Below, piece by piece: positions 53,361 through 64,000 of a DNA stretch of 64,000 nt. This DNA comes from Vicugna vicugna (lineage: Eukaryota): the NCBI GenBank assembly GCA_013265495.1, contig MU058463.1, positions 1,263,523-1,327,522 on the forward strand. Direction: 5' to 3'. Numbering within the stretch: position 1 is the first letter of the stretch; each line of letters opens with the position of its first letter. The translations under genes and the position numbers were made by a program. The notes beneath the pieces are model-generated. The model did no database searches. It saw only the letters and a list, made by a program, of their open reading frames with translations, and was not told the DNA's origin.

Positions 53361-53539
53361 TTTGAAGACATATTTTCATCACCTCACCTTTTCCTGTAAC
53401 CTTAGATGAAGACTGTTTATCAAAGTCTCCCTTGGAACATTCATATGTCATTTCTTTATATTCTCTCCTTATTTTATTTCTAGTAATTAAAATATGTCTT
53501 CAAAGTTTAAGTAAATTTTGATAAACAGTCTAAAGAAAT
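53361..53539. repeat. Interleaved perfect inverted repeats (16, 15 and 9 bp)
   Basis: 53361-53376 pairs with 53489-53504; 53410-53424 pairs with 53517-53531; 53450-53458 pairs with 53531-53539. Confidence 0.9.
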
Positions 53540-53789
53540 TCTCTCTTTTTATTCTAGAGTCCTATGCTTTCTCTACTTTCCTTGGCTTTTAAAATATAAG
53601 TATAAAATAAATTACCTTACTCTAAATCCTCAAACAATACAATACTCCAAAATACTTTTTAATATTTTCTTTTTTGTGTATGCTTGGAAGTTGCTTAGAC
53701 AGAAATGTTTTGAGTTGATTCACTAACACTTCTTTGACCGTCCTCTTACTAACATTTTCTTATCATGAATTGCCCCTTTACATCTAAAT

Positions 53790-54010
53790 GCATGTCAAAA
53801 TCCCTCTACAGCATTCTGTAAGGCTAAAGTTACCGATAATAGGAATTTTAAAATGCATGTTACCTGATAATTTTATTTCACAGATGAGAACAAAGTTGTT
53901 GAGAGAGAAACTCATTTATTCAAGGCTACATAGCTTTTTCATGGCAGAACTAGGACTGGAAATAACTTCTGAATTTTCTTACAATGTGTACGATTCATGA
54001 TGCCACCTGC
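53790..54010 (-). mobile_element. MIR SINE
   Basis: 'attttatttcacagatgagaacaaagttgttgagagagaaactcatttattcaaggctacatagct...atggcagaactaggactggaa' is a MIR core. Confidence 0.65.
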
Positions 54011-54964
54011 CTACTGCATTTAAGCTCTCTTTGAAGAAGGCCAGTTAACCAAATATTGGATGAAAAATAAGAAAAAAGAAAAATAATCTCTCTGCCCTTT
54101 ACAACAATATTTTAAAAAAACACTGAGCTGAAATAAATGTTTTATTGCAATGATTTTTGAGACTTAGAACTCTGCTTAGTGAGTTTGGAGAAACCGCATA
54201 TATGGTACACATTTTTTAGACTATGTTAAAATCCATAAATTCTACCCTAATCTCTTTTTGTATAATTTTTGTTATTATAGTAATGAGTCTAAAATTACTG
54301 TAATTTGCCCTCATTTTTACTCTTAAAATTACATATGCTTAAAATATTTACTCAGAATAATAATAAAAAAGAGTTCGAGTTGTGTTAAATATCTATGCTT
54401 GGATAAGTCACTGAACTGATTTTAAAAATACAGTAATTTGTAAAGATGTTCAAGGACTCACCAATGTATGGCAATTTTAATTTGTAAAGCATAAAGTAAT
54501 GAGTCCCTTTTGTCATTTTTTTGATTGAAAACTTCTACTTTTGACTTTTTTACCTGTATTCCCGAATACTTTACTTAGTTCAGCTCTAACTGTGGCTTAT
54601 ACTAGTGTGGAATTTGGCAATTGAAATGAGCTTATTGGTCAGCTCATCCAGCCTTCCAGAGAGAAGTAGTGAGTACCCTGAGCAGTGGGAGAGCCGAGAC
54701 TGGACCACAACACTCCTGCCTCAGGACGGTGTGGACTGGGGACGCCATCACTCTGCCAGTTTCCCCTGTGGGACCCTGTGCAATCAAATTAGTGAGGCTG
54801 AATGCACGTATTCACTATTTCAGACACCTTCCCAGTCTCATTTTCACTTAGGAGCCTCAGGTTTGAAATGTCAATTTCTGTAGAATACTGTAAAAGTTGG
54901 GGACAAAATGGATATAAAGTGGGATTGATTAAGAATGGTTGGTAAAATTTCACAAACTTTTTTA

Positions 54965-55180
54965 TTTGTAGTGAGCTTTAAATTTTTCAAAGAGCTTTCC
55001 CATCTTAATATAAGCTCATGCCAACCCAATGAGGTACATAAAACATGCTTTCAAGCTTTTCTTTTTGTTGTTAACCAAAGAGAAAACTGAGAGGTTAACT
55101 GACTTTCTCCAGGTAACATATCCAGTAAGTTGCTTAAGCCTTAAAACATATGTGTTTACTTCCTGTTCACCTCATAAGTC
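54965..55180 (-). mobile_element. MIR SINE
   Basis: 'caacccaatgaggta...agagaaaactgagaggttaactgactttctccaggtaacatatccagtaagt' is a MIR core. Confidence 0.65.
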
Positions 55181-55384
55181 ACCTCTACTTCATACTCACT
55201 TAAGAAATTCAGTGATCCCTCTCAACCCTGAACCTCAAAGGGACAACAGAATATTAGATCCTACAATTATTAGATATTTCCTGAGGTAAAAAGCAGCCAT
55301 TCATAAATAATACTGAGTCATTTTGCTACTTAAAATCCTCCTCTCAGAATTTTTAAACCAGGTACATATTTCTTTAAAATAGGC

Positions 55385-56270
55385 ATTCCATTTTTTTCTG
55401 ACCCCCTTCACCCATTTCTCCACCTCCCACCCCCCCACCTCTGGCAACCACCAATCTGGTCTATGTATCTGTGAGCTTGTTTGTTTGTTTGGTTTTTGTT
55501 TTGTTTTGTTTTTTGATTGTAGATTTCACATAGGAGAGATTGTACAGTATTTGTCTTTCTTTGACTTATTTCGTATGGTAGTTCTATTTTTATTTTTTTG
55601 AGGAACTTCTTTACTGTTTTCTATAGTGGCTTCACCAATTTACACTCCCACCAGCAGTGCACAAGGGTTCCCTTTCCTCCACATCCTCACCGACACTTGT
55701 TGTTTCCTATCTTTTTGATAATAGTCCTTCTAACAGGTGTGAGGTGTTATCTCATTGTGGTTTTGTTTTGCATTTCCCTGATGATTAATGATGAGCATCT
55801 TTTCATATGCCTGTTAGCCATCTGTATATCTTCTTTGGAAAAATGTCTATTCAGATCTTCTGCCCATTTTTTAATTGGGTTGTTTGTTTGATTTTGAGTT
55901 GTATGAGTACTTTACACTTTTTATATGTTAGTACCTTGTTGGATTTACAATTTGCAAATATTTCTCCCATTCGGTAAGTTGCCTTTTCATTTTATTGGCT
56001 TCCTTTGCTGTGTAGAAGATTTTTAGTATAATATAGTTCTCCTTTCTTATTTTTGCTTTTGTTGCTTTTGTTTTTGATATCAGATTTAGAAAATCATCAC
56101 CAAGACCTATGTCAAGGAGTTTACCAACTTTGTTTTCTTCTAGGAGTTTTACTTTCAGGTCTTTAATCCATTTTGAGTTAATTTTTGTGTATGGTGTGAG
56201 ATGGTGGTAGAGTTTCATTTTTTTGCGTGTGGCTGTCCAGTTTTCCCAACACCATTCATTGACGAGACTA
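55385..56270 (-). mobile_element. L1 (L1MA-like) 3' UTR and ORF2 fragment with internal deletion
   Basis: ORF 55928-56218 (-) reads LTPYTKINSKWIKDL...KLLEEN...LDIGLG.DF...TKA..WEK, which is L1 ORF2; 3' UTR 'cctctggcaaccaccaatctg'; abrupt jump near 55572. Confidence 0.92.
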
Positions 56271-57239
56271 TGCTATTATAGAACTGTATTCCTGCTGATG
56301 GCTGAAAATAAAAAAAATATAGTTACTGAGAAACTATAGGACAAAAGAGAGGTAAAAAATGACTTTTGTACGACTTAGATAAGAGGTAGGCGAAACACCA
56401 CACTTTATGCTCATTGATAAAAATAAGGCTTTCCTTTAATTTTGTGATTTTCCTCAATCATTTAGCAATATGCTTTCTGTTAGAAAGAGAAGGAATAACT
56501 CCATCTTTAATAGTCTGTATTCCCAGCTATCTCCTATTTTAACAGCTCCCAGCAGAAGTGGCTATATATAAATGAACTATCTATATGGTTACAGAAGCTG
56601 AGCTGAATATTTTCAATGTCTTCAGTAGGACAGTCTCTTCAACAAGTGATATTGGCAAAACTAGACATCCATATGCAAAGAAAAGGTTGAAAATAGAAAC
56701 AGTATAACTTTTTATTTAGTTCATGAGATTTTTCAAGCTTTAGTTTTTTGGTTTTTTTTTTTCTCTCTACCAAGTACCACGGAAAGGCCAAGCAAATGAA
56801 AAGAATTGCACAGTAGCACCAGGAAAGCAATGCAAAATCAAGCATCCTTTCACCGTGACGTCTGCCATGTAGCAGAACTGACAGCAACATATAGTTAAAG
56901 GTTATTTGGGGAAGGAAGCAGTTAAATGTCAGTCATTTGTAAGTCTGTGACTCTGGCCAAATCAACATCTTAAAGTCCTCAGTTTCTAGTCTCTTGAAAA
57001 CATCGTATACAGTGACAAATGGGGGATTTCAAACTGCCACTCTCGGTGACAAACCTACTGCCTCTGAGAAGTTTCCTAGCATAGAGGATAGAGCACAGTT
57101 TTAGCAGCCGAATTTATTTGACACCCACTTCAACCATTTACCAGCATGAGTTCCAGCACAGTGTTTAGCACATTGAATATATTTACCATAAGGTAAATCT
57201 GTGATTAAAGAGGGGAAAATAGAGATGAAAATAATTTAA

Positions 57240-57860
57240 CAAATCCTAAGACACACTCAGAATATATGCCTTTCATTGTATTTCACTCCCACAATGAATC
57301 ACTTTATGAAAGTGAGGGTATTCTATTTCTTTTTGTATCACTTAAAGAGCTGTTATAAAAAATAGAGATAATATACATATATTGCATAGCACAAAGCTTG
57401 AAAAACAGTAGATTTCCAGTAAATGATAGTTAATATCACTAACACTTAGTTTCTTCCCATTGCTTTAGGAGAAAGTTCAAACTACTCAGAATGCCTGTTC
57501 AATCTACATTTCCTGCATTAACTCCTAGTCACAATCCTATAAAAAATAAAAACCCGCAGATCCTTGAAATACATTAATATATCTGTGATTCTCTATTATT
57601 GCTCACTTCCTATAAAATGCTGCCCGCTTAAGTCATACAACTTTCATAAAGACACTCCTGACTCAAGCTCCTTTTTCTTTAAATTTCTGCATTCTTCATG
57701 TGACTATGGCATTTATTGACACTCCCTGTATTATTCAGCTTGGGATTACACATTATTTGCTATCAGTGGGTCTTTTTTTTTTCCTAAAAAACAAATATGC
57801 TGTGTCTTACTATTGTCTTTCAGATAACAAAATTGCTTTTCAAACTATTTGTGTGAATAA
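57240..57860 (+). mobile_element. Degraded MIR followed by an L2 3' fragment
   Basis: 'aaaaatagagataatatacatatattgcatagcacaaagcttg...agtaaatgatagttaatat' (MIR end) and 'cttcccattgctttaggagaaagttcaaactactcagaatgcc...caaactatttgtgtgaataact' (L2 end). Confidence 0.5.
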
Positions 57861-59346
57861 CTAAAACTGTCACTACCACCCTTACTGTCACCGCCTCCAC
57901 ATATAGTTCAGTTGAATCTCTTACATCACTTATGACAGTGCTTGGCCTATAAAAAAACTTATGATATATGTGTAATTAACTGGGATAAAATTTCTCAGAA
58001 AAGAGGCAACATGTGTTTTTCAGTTGCCCCCATACTACTGAAAAAATTAAATGTATTTATGAGAAATCAAAATCAAATTGGTATCTGAGGCAACCATTAG
58101 CTATCACACATAAAAATGCATAAAAATACCTAGAGCTTGTTTTACAATATTGAAATTATTTGAAAAAGCATGCTAAACTCATAAAACCCAAACCTCAGAT
58201 ACTAGACCACGTTATTGGGTAAAGCAAGTATCCTTTTCTCATCTTTGTTTACAGCAAGCTATTCTAGACTAAACTCCATTAAGTAGAGAGATTCTGATGA
58301 TCTTTTGCTGTACACAAACAGTGCATTCATTGTAAACACAATGAGGGAGGTAGGAAGTGGACATCACCAAAAACTACACAAAAAATGATACTGGCCACTA
58401 CGTATTTTGACAAAGTACATCATTAGATCAACAAAAGCGAGAGACACTTTTAACACCTAGTGGGACTGACTAAATTAAAAATGATACTACCTCATTTCTG
58501 ATTTTGCAATATTGAATAATACACAGATTCTTTTTTCAACCAGTCACAGAAGCTCATTTAGAAGTTCTGCTTGAGAAAAAAAAAAGTCTTATGTTTGCAT
58601 ATATAATTGATAAATGACCTACAGTACTATCCACAGTCATTTTGGCTTTAACTTAATTCTCCATGTTTATAAAACTTCCAGACTACTTCCTATGCACTAG
58701 AAAAGGGGTTTTATAGTTCATAGCTTTCTGTTATATCGCCTTTACGTCTTTGCTGGAGTAGAAAATGTGTGTGCTTGTGTATATGTTTGTGTGTGATGTG
58801 TGTGATTTATAATCTTTTCAGTATGTATTAAAATGACCACCTTAAGCAAGTTAAATTACTTAACTTTAATCTTCAGTGGGTGTTTTCCAAAAATATTTTC
58901 AAAAATCTACTCATTACCTATGTTTGAAGTTCAAATGACCAGACTTTAATGCTCACCTAGCATGTCAGAAATAGATCACTTTATGACTATAATGTACCCA
59001 GCACACCTGGATACTGATTTTCTCTTTCAGGTTGGTAAAAAGAAATGTTGTTGACTGATTAGGAACATCAAAGTAATGTGCTGTTATAGGCTCATTAAGG
59101 TGAGCAGATCCTAGAAAAAAACTTCAATTTCCCTTGCCCTAGATATATTTTTTATAGATATGCTGGAGGACAGAGACCTAAGAGATTTTAAATATATATC
59201 TTGGACTTGGGACTATTTACCACTAGAAAAATTACATTCCTGAGTTGGCTATTAAAGCCAATTTATGATTTCAGAAGTCATATCAAACATAATCCCATAA
59301 TGACCTTTTGGTTAAAAATCTTTTTGTGGGCATCATAAGACTTATT

Positions 59347-59445
59347 AAAGAAAAAGAAGAAAGAAGAAGGAAGGAAGGAAGGAAGGGAGGGAGGAAGGGA
59401 GGGAGGAAGGGAGGGAAGAAGATGAGGAAGAGGGGAGGGAAGAAA
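59347..59445. repeat. GA-rich (GGAA/GGGA)n repeat
   Basis: Directly visible purine tract. Confidence 0.93.
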
Positions 59446-61726
59446 TGACCTTTGGTTTTTCCATTGACGAGGACAGAATTGATGATAGATGTTGACTTGA
59501 TAACAGCTTCAGTTAGGCCTTAGCTTGTCAATTTTCTGAGATGGAACATGAGGAGAGAGGAGTGGAAATGAAAGGGGGTGAATTTCATTTCAGTAAATCT
59601 GTGTCTTCTGTTTCTGAAGGAGGCTTTTTGGCTTACACACATATTATCAGACCCATTATATTGTGTTTAATTTTCTCAGAAACTCTTATTGTAAATATGT
59701 ATCCAAGGGATTGAATTCATCTATGCCTTAGGTATGTTGTTTCTTTCATTTTGGCAAAGGAAAATAGATCTTCTTAACTAGTAATAATGTTAAAAGTTAT
59801 TGCTTAGTATTTAAAATCCCCCTCAGTGTGAATTCCTTATGAGAAGCAACTCTGTCTTTAATGGAGGGTGCTCTCTCCACAATTATATGTCCCCATCTCT
59901 ATTCCTCGGATCCATATTTTGAAGCTGAAGATAGGTGCTGGTTTGTAGAAGTTAGAGCTGACAGAATGGGGCAAAAAAAGGAATAATACTGTGGAATCCA
60001 GAGATATGTTAAGATGAAGAACAAATCATAAGGGCGAGTTAAAACTATCCATGCCTTTATACATAAAATACACACACACACCCCCCTAAAAAAAAAGCAA
60101 CATGCTGTTTCTCAATATCTGTTAGAAAAAGCTAGAAAAGCAAAATGTACTTTCTTATGAACAATATTATATATAAGTCTTTTAGATAAGCGCAAATATG
60201 AATGAGTAAATCTAGGTGATCTCCAATGTGCTAAAAAGAAACAAACTCAAAACCTGCAAAAGTACCCAATGTATTAAATTCTTTGAAGTTAGGATTTACT
60301 GTTCTTGTGGTAAGGAGAACAACTCCAAACTACTCACTTTTGGAACATATCAAAATATTTAATTTCTTGATTTAAAAAATTAGGTGCCATTATTTCTATC
60401 AACCCCAACTTAACTTCAAAAGTAATGCAAGTGGAAATTGACTTCAGTGACTGCATATCCCTGTCTCGACTGTTCTGATGGGAATACCAATTCCCAGGTT
60501 ATTCTGCAGGTCACCTGTGGGATGGCATGTATGACTTCTCCATACACCTGAAGTGCTTCAAGTTTTTCTGTTACCAAATACTGAGAAGCATGCAGGGATT
60601 CCTTCTTTCTCTGTCACCTATATTTTTCAAAAGCCTCTTAAACAGATATTGTAAATACAACTAAGAAAAGAAAAACAAACACAATGAAAGATGAAAAAGA
60701 GTAGATTTTACAATTTAACACAATGTAAATATCAGAACATCTCATTTATTCAAAATCTACTGCATTTAAAGTGCATATTATTTTTAGAAAACATATATTT
60801 CTATATCCAATAAACAGGAAGTAAATATTGGTAATAAACCAGCCACAGAGAAAGAACCTTCACACAATTTCCTACCCTTAAAAGCTAACTAGGGAGAGAA
60901 AAATTTCATCTTAATGCTTGAACTTATGAAATGCAATGTCTATATTTCAAACTTAAGAATCTAAAAAATTAAGTGTTATAACTAAAAAAAACTTCAGTTC
61001 TACAGTGGATAAATAACTGTATACATGTTTATAAAGATTCTGTCAAATACAGCTTTAAATATTACATTAGGTAAAGTAAGATAGACCAATAAAGCTGCAG
61101 GTTAAATGATTATGTAAAATTATCTCACATAAAGTAATACATAACTCAATTCTGTTAAGTATACCACAGTTAAACATTATTACAATGGCAAACAATACAA
61201 TATTTCCTTTGTTTGCAAACTAACTCTAAATCTTAGGAAATTAAAGTTTTGTTGTTTCCTAAGTTTGGACAAGTGCTGTAGAAACATTAATTTTCCTATC
61301 AAAGAGCCTAATTTCTGTAATTCTAAGTTATTTTTGAAATTTTCTAAGCAACATATTGGTATGCCTGATATGAAGTACTGAAAAGTGAGATTTATAAAAT
61401 AAAATTATTTTCTTCTTTTTTGTATTAAATTTACTTTTAAAAATTAAATTTGCACTTGCCATTTTATTCTATTCAAATTTTCATCTCTCAAGAAAGATTT
61501 ATATCCATGAAGAATAATTCTCTGGAAATCAAAGAGCCATTTTTACCAAGTTGAAACATGTGATATTTTGTTTAAGCATTTTTTTCCAGCTTTATTGAGG
61601 TTATAATTGGTAAATATAAAGTGTAAATATTTAAGGATTATGTGATGATTATATACATATACATTGTGAAATTATTACCATAAGTAAGTTAATTAACATA
61701 TCTATCACCTCACATAGTTACCATTG

Positions 61727-61728
<2 letters not shown>

Positions 61729-61760
<32 letters not shown>
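61729..61760. repeat. (GT)16 microsatellite inside the L1 3' UTR
   Basis: Directly visible. Confidence 0.97.
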
Positions 61761-61762
<2 letters not shown>

Positions 61763-62532
61763 AGAACACTACATCTATCTCTTAGCAGATTTCAGAGTAC
61801 AATATTAATTGTAGTCACCATGCTGTATATTATATCCCTAGACTGTATTATCCCATAACTGAAAGTTTGTACCCTTTTATGAACATCTCCCTTTTCCGCC
61901 ATCCCCCAGCTCCTAGCAACTACCATTCTACTCTCTGCTTCTGGGTTTGACATTTTTAGATTCCCTGTATAAGTGAGATCACCAGTGTCTACCTTCCCAT
62001 GTCCATCTTATTTCACTTAGCATAGTGTCCTCCGGGTTTGCCCATGTTGTTGTAATGGCAGGAATTCCTTTTTTTAAATGAATGAGTAACATTCCATTGT
62101 GTATCTATACCACATTTTCTTTATCCATCCATCTGCTGATAGACATTTAGATTGCTTCCTTATCTTGGCTATTGGGAATAATATTGCAATGAACATCAGA
62201 GTATAGGTATCTCTTTGGATATAGACCCATAAGTGGGATTGTTGGATGATATGATAGTAATATTTTTCATTTTTTGAGGAACTTGCATACTATTTTTCAT
62301 AGTGGCTATTCCAATTTACATTCCCAACAACAGTACACAAGGTTTCCATTTACTCCATAGCCTGACCATCACATGCTATGTCTTGCTATTTTGATAATAT
62401 CCAAGTGATATCTTGTTTTGTTTCTGATTTGCATTTCCCAAGTAGTTAGAAATGTTGAGCACATTTTCATACACCTTTTGGCCATTTGTATGTCGTCTTT
62501 GGAAAAATGTCTATTAAGGCTCTTTGCTGATT

Positions 62533-62621
62533 TTTTTTTTTTAATTGGAGGTAGTGGGGATTGAACCCAGGACCTTTCACATGTTAAGCATGTGCTCTAC
62601 CACAGAGCTATGCCCCACCCC
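62533..62621 (-). mobile_element. tRNA-Ala-derived SINE (camelid Vic-1-like) inserted in L1
   Basis: Minus strand reads GGGGGTGGGGCATAGCTCTGTGGTAGAGCACATGCTTAACATGTGAAAGGTCCTGGGTTCAATCCCCACTACCTCCAATT followed by an A-tail; A box and B box (GGTTCAATCCC) present; 13-bp TSD CTCTTTGCTGATT at 62520-62532 and 62622-62634. Confidence 0.9.
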
Positions 62622-62864
62622 CTCTTTGCTGATTCTTTAAATTGGATTATTTGTTTTTTGTTTTTTTTTTGCTTTGAGATTCATGAAGTCCTTATATATT
62701 TTGGATATTAATTCCTTATCAGATAAATAGTTTGCAAATATTTTCTCCCATTTCATAGATTGTCTTTTTATTTTATTACTCCCTTTGCTGTGCAAAAACT
62801 TTTTATTTGATATAGTACCACTTGTTTATTTTTGCTTTTAGTGCCTATGCTTTTGTGTCATATC

Positions 62865-62895
62865 CAAAACAAAACAAAACAAAACAAAACAAAAC
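62865..62895. repeat. (CAAAA)6 microsatellite
   Basis: Directly visible. Confidence 0.95.
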
Positions 62896-64000
62896 TACCA
62901 AGACTAATGTCAAGTGATTTCCCTTTATTTTCTTCTAGGAGACTTATAATTTCAGGTCTCACATTTCAGCCTTTGGTATAGTTGAGCTGATGTTTGTGTA
63001 TGGTGTTAGATAAGGATCTAATTTCACTCTCTTGTATGTGGATATCCTTTCCCCACTGTGTATTCTCAACACCCTTGTTAAAGACAATTAATCATATAAG
63101 CATGATTTTTTTTTCTGGGATCTCTATTCTGTTCTATTCTTCTGTCTCTCTGTTTTCATACTAATACCATACTGTTTTGATTACTATACATTTCTGATAT
63201 AGTTTAAGGTAGTGTTCTGCCTCCTGCTTTGTTCTTATTCAAGATCGCTTTGGTTATTCAAGAGCTTCTGTGGTTTCATATGAATTTTAGGATTGCTGTG
63301 GATGGATTGCTTAGTGTATTCTGTTAGATCTCTTGGAGTGAAGTGTGACTGATGTACAGTGTTTCCTTGTTACTTTTCTGTCTGGATGATCTATTCATTC
63401 CTGTTAGTGAGATCTCGAAATCCCCTACTGTAATTGCATCGTTGTTTATTTCTCCCTTCAGATCAGGTAATATTTGCTTATATGTCTGGGTGCTCCAATG
63501 TTGAATGCATATCCATTTACAATCATTGTATTCTCTTAATTAATTGACCCCTTTGTCATTATACAGCGAACTTTTTGTCTTTTGTGATAGATTTTGACTG
63601 AACATCTATTTCAGTTGACATGAGCATAGCCACCCCCACTCTGTTATTATTTGGATAGAACATGTTTTTTTCACCCCTTCATTTTCAGCCTGTTTCCTTA
63701 AAGGTAAAGTGAGTTTCTTTTAGGCAACACATTGTTGGATCTTATTTTTTAATTCGCTCAGTTACTCTGTGTCTTTGATTGGCACATTGAATCCATTTCT
63801 TTTTAAAGTCATCATCGATGGGTAAGGATTTGCCCTTGTCATTTTGTTAATTGACAGAAAGCAATTGACATTGCTTTCTGCTTGTTTTACAGTTCCTTGT
63901 TCCTTTCTTCTCTTGCTACTTTCATTTGCCGTTTAGTGGGTTTCTGTAGTTTTTGCTTTAATTCCTTTATCTTTTATATCGCTATCACAGGTTTTCTTTG

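Larger units (their letters stand above)
61579..64000 (-). mobile_element. L1MA-type LINE (3' end, ORF2 with large internal deletion), running off the window end
   Basis: Antisense 3' end 'tttttttccagctttattgaggttataattg', 'gtagtcaccatgctgta', ORF2 C-terminal antisense motifs, and endonuclease-region antisense 'gaaatcccctactgtaattg...ctgggtgctccaatgttgaatgcatat'. Confidence 0.92.

Noticed and set aside
55598..56218. Two ORFs of 96-97 aa
   Set aside because: Sense and antisense readings of a decayed L1 ORF2.
60410..60620. About 65-codon open frame on the minus strand in unique sequence
   Set aside because: No start codon, no convincing in-frame splice sites and no recognisable peptide.
62545..62621. 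Possible tRNA-Ala gene
   Set aside because: Poly-A tail, 13-bp TSD, mutated stems and location inside an L1 indicate a SINE copy.
1..64000. Inferring a host gene strand from TE orientation bias
   Set aside because: L1s and LTRs occur on both strands; the slight plus-strand L1 excess involves too few elements to be informative.

Overview
AT-rich mammalian genomic DNA with no CpG island. It is most likely camelid (alpaca/llama/camel), judged from a tRNA-Ala-derived SINE resembling Vic-1 at 62533-62621. I recognise no host protein-coding exon, RNA gene or CRISPR-like system. The only ORFs with identifiable homology are decayed LINE-1 ORF2 pieces; the rest are low-complexity or chance ORFs. The window reads as a gene desert or a very large intron filled with transposable-element fossils: L1, L2, MIR, MaLR/ERVL/ERV1 solo LTRs, and Tigger and hAT elements, several with clear target-site duplications (TSDs). 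Between them lie unique stretches, a few of which keep CpGs and transcription-factor motifs (17.5-18.3 kb, 35.4 kb, 39.9 kb, and a strong CTCF match at 12.4 kb). The most unusual structures I found are local templated-rearrangement signatures: interleaved perfect inverted repeats at 53361-53539, a 177-bp-period duplication at 47.6-48.0 kb, and a snap-back insertion at 63.85 kb. I found no convincing evidence for a new biological system. Repeat subfamily names come from my recollection of consensus sequences and need RepeatMasker/Dfam confirmation; boundaries without a TSD are approximate.
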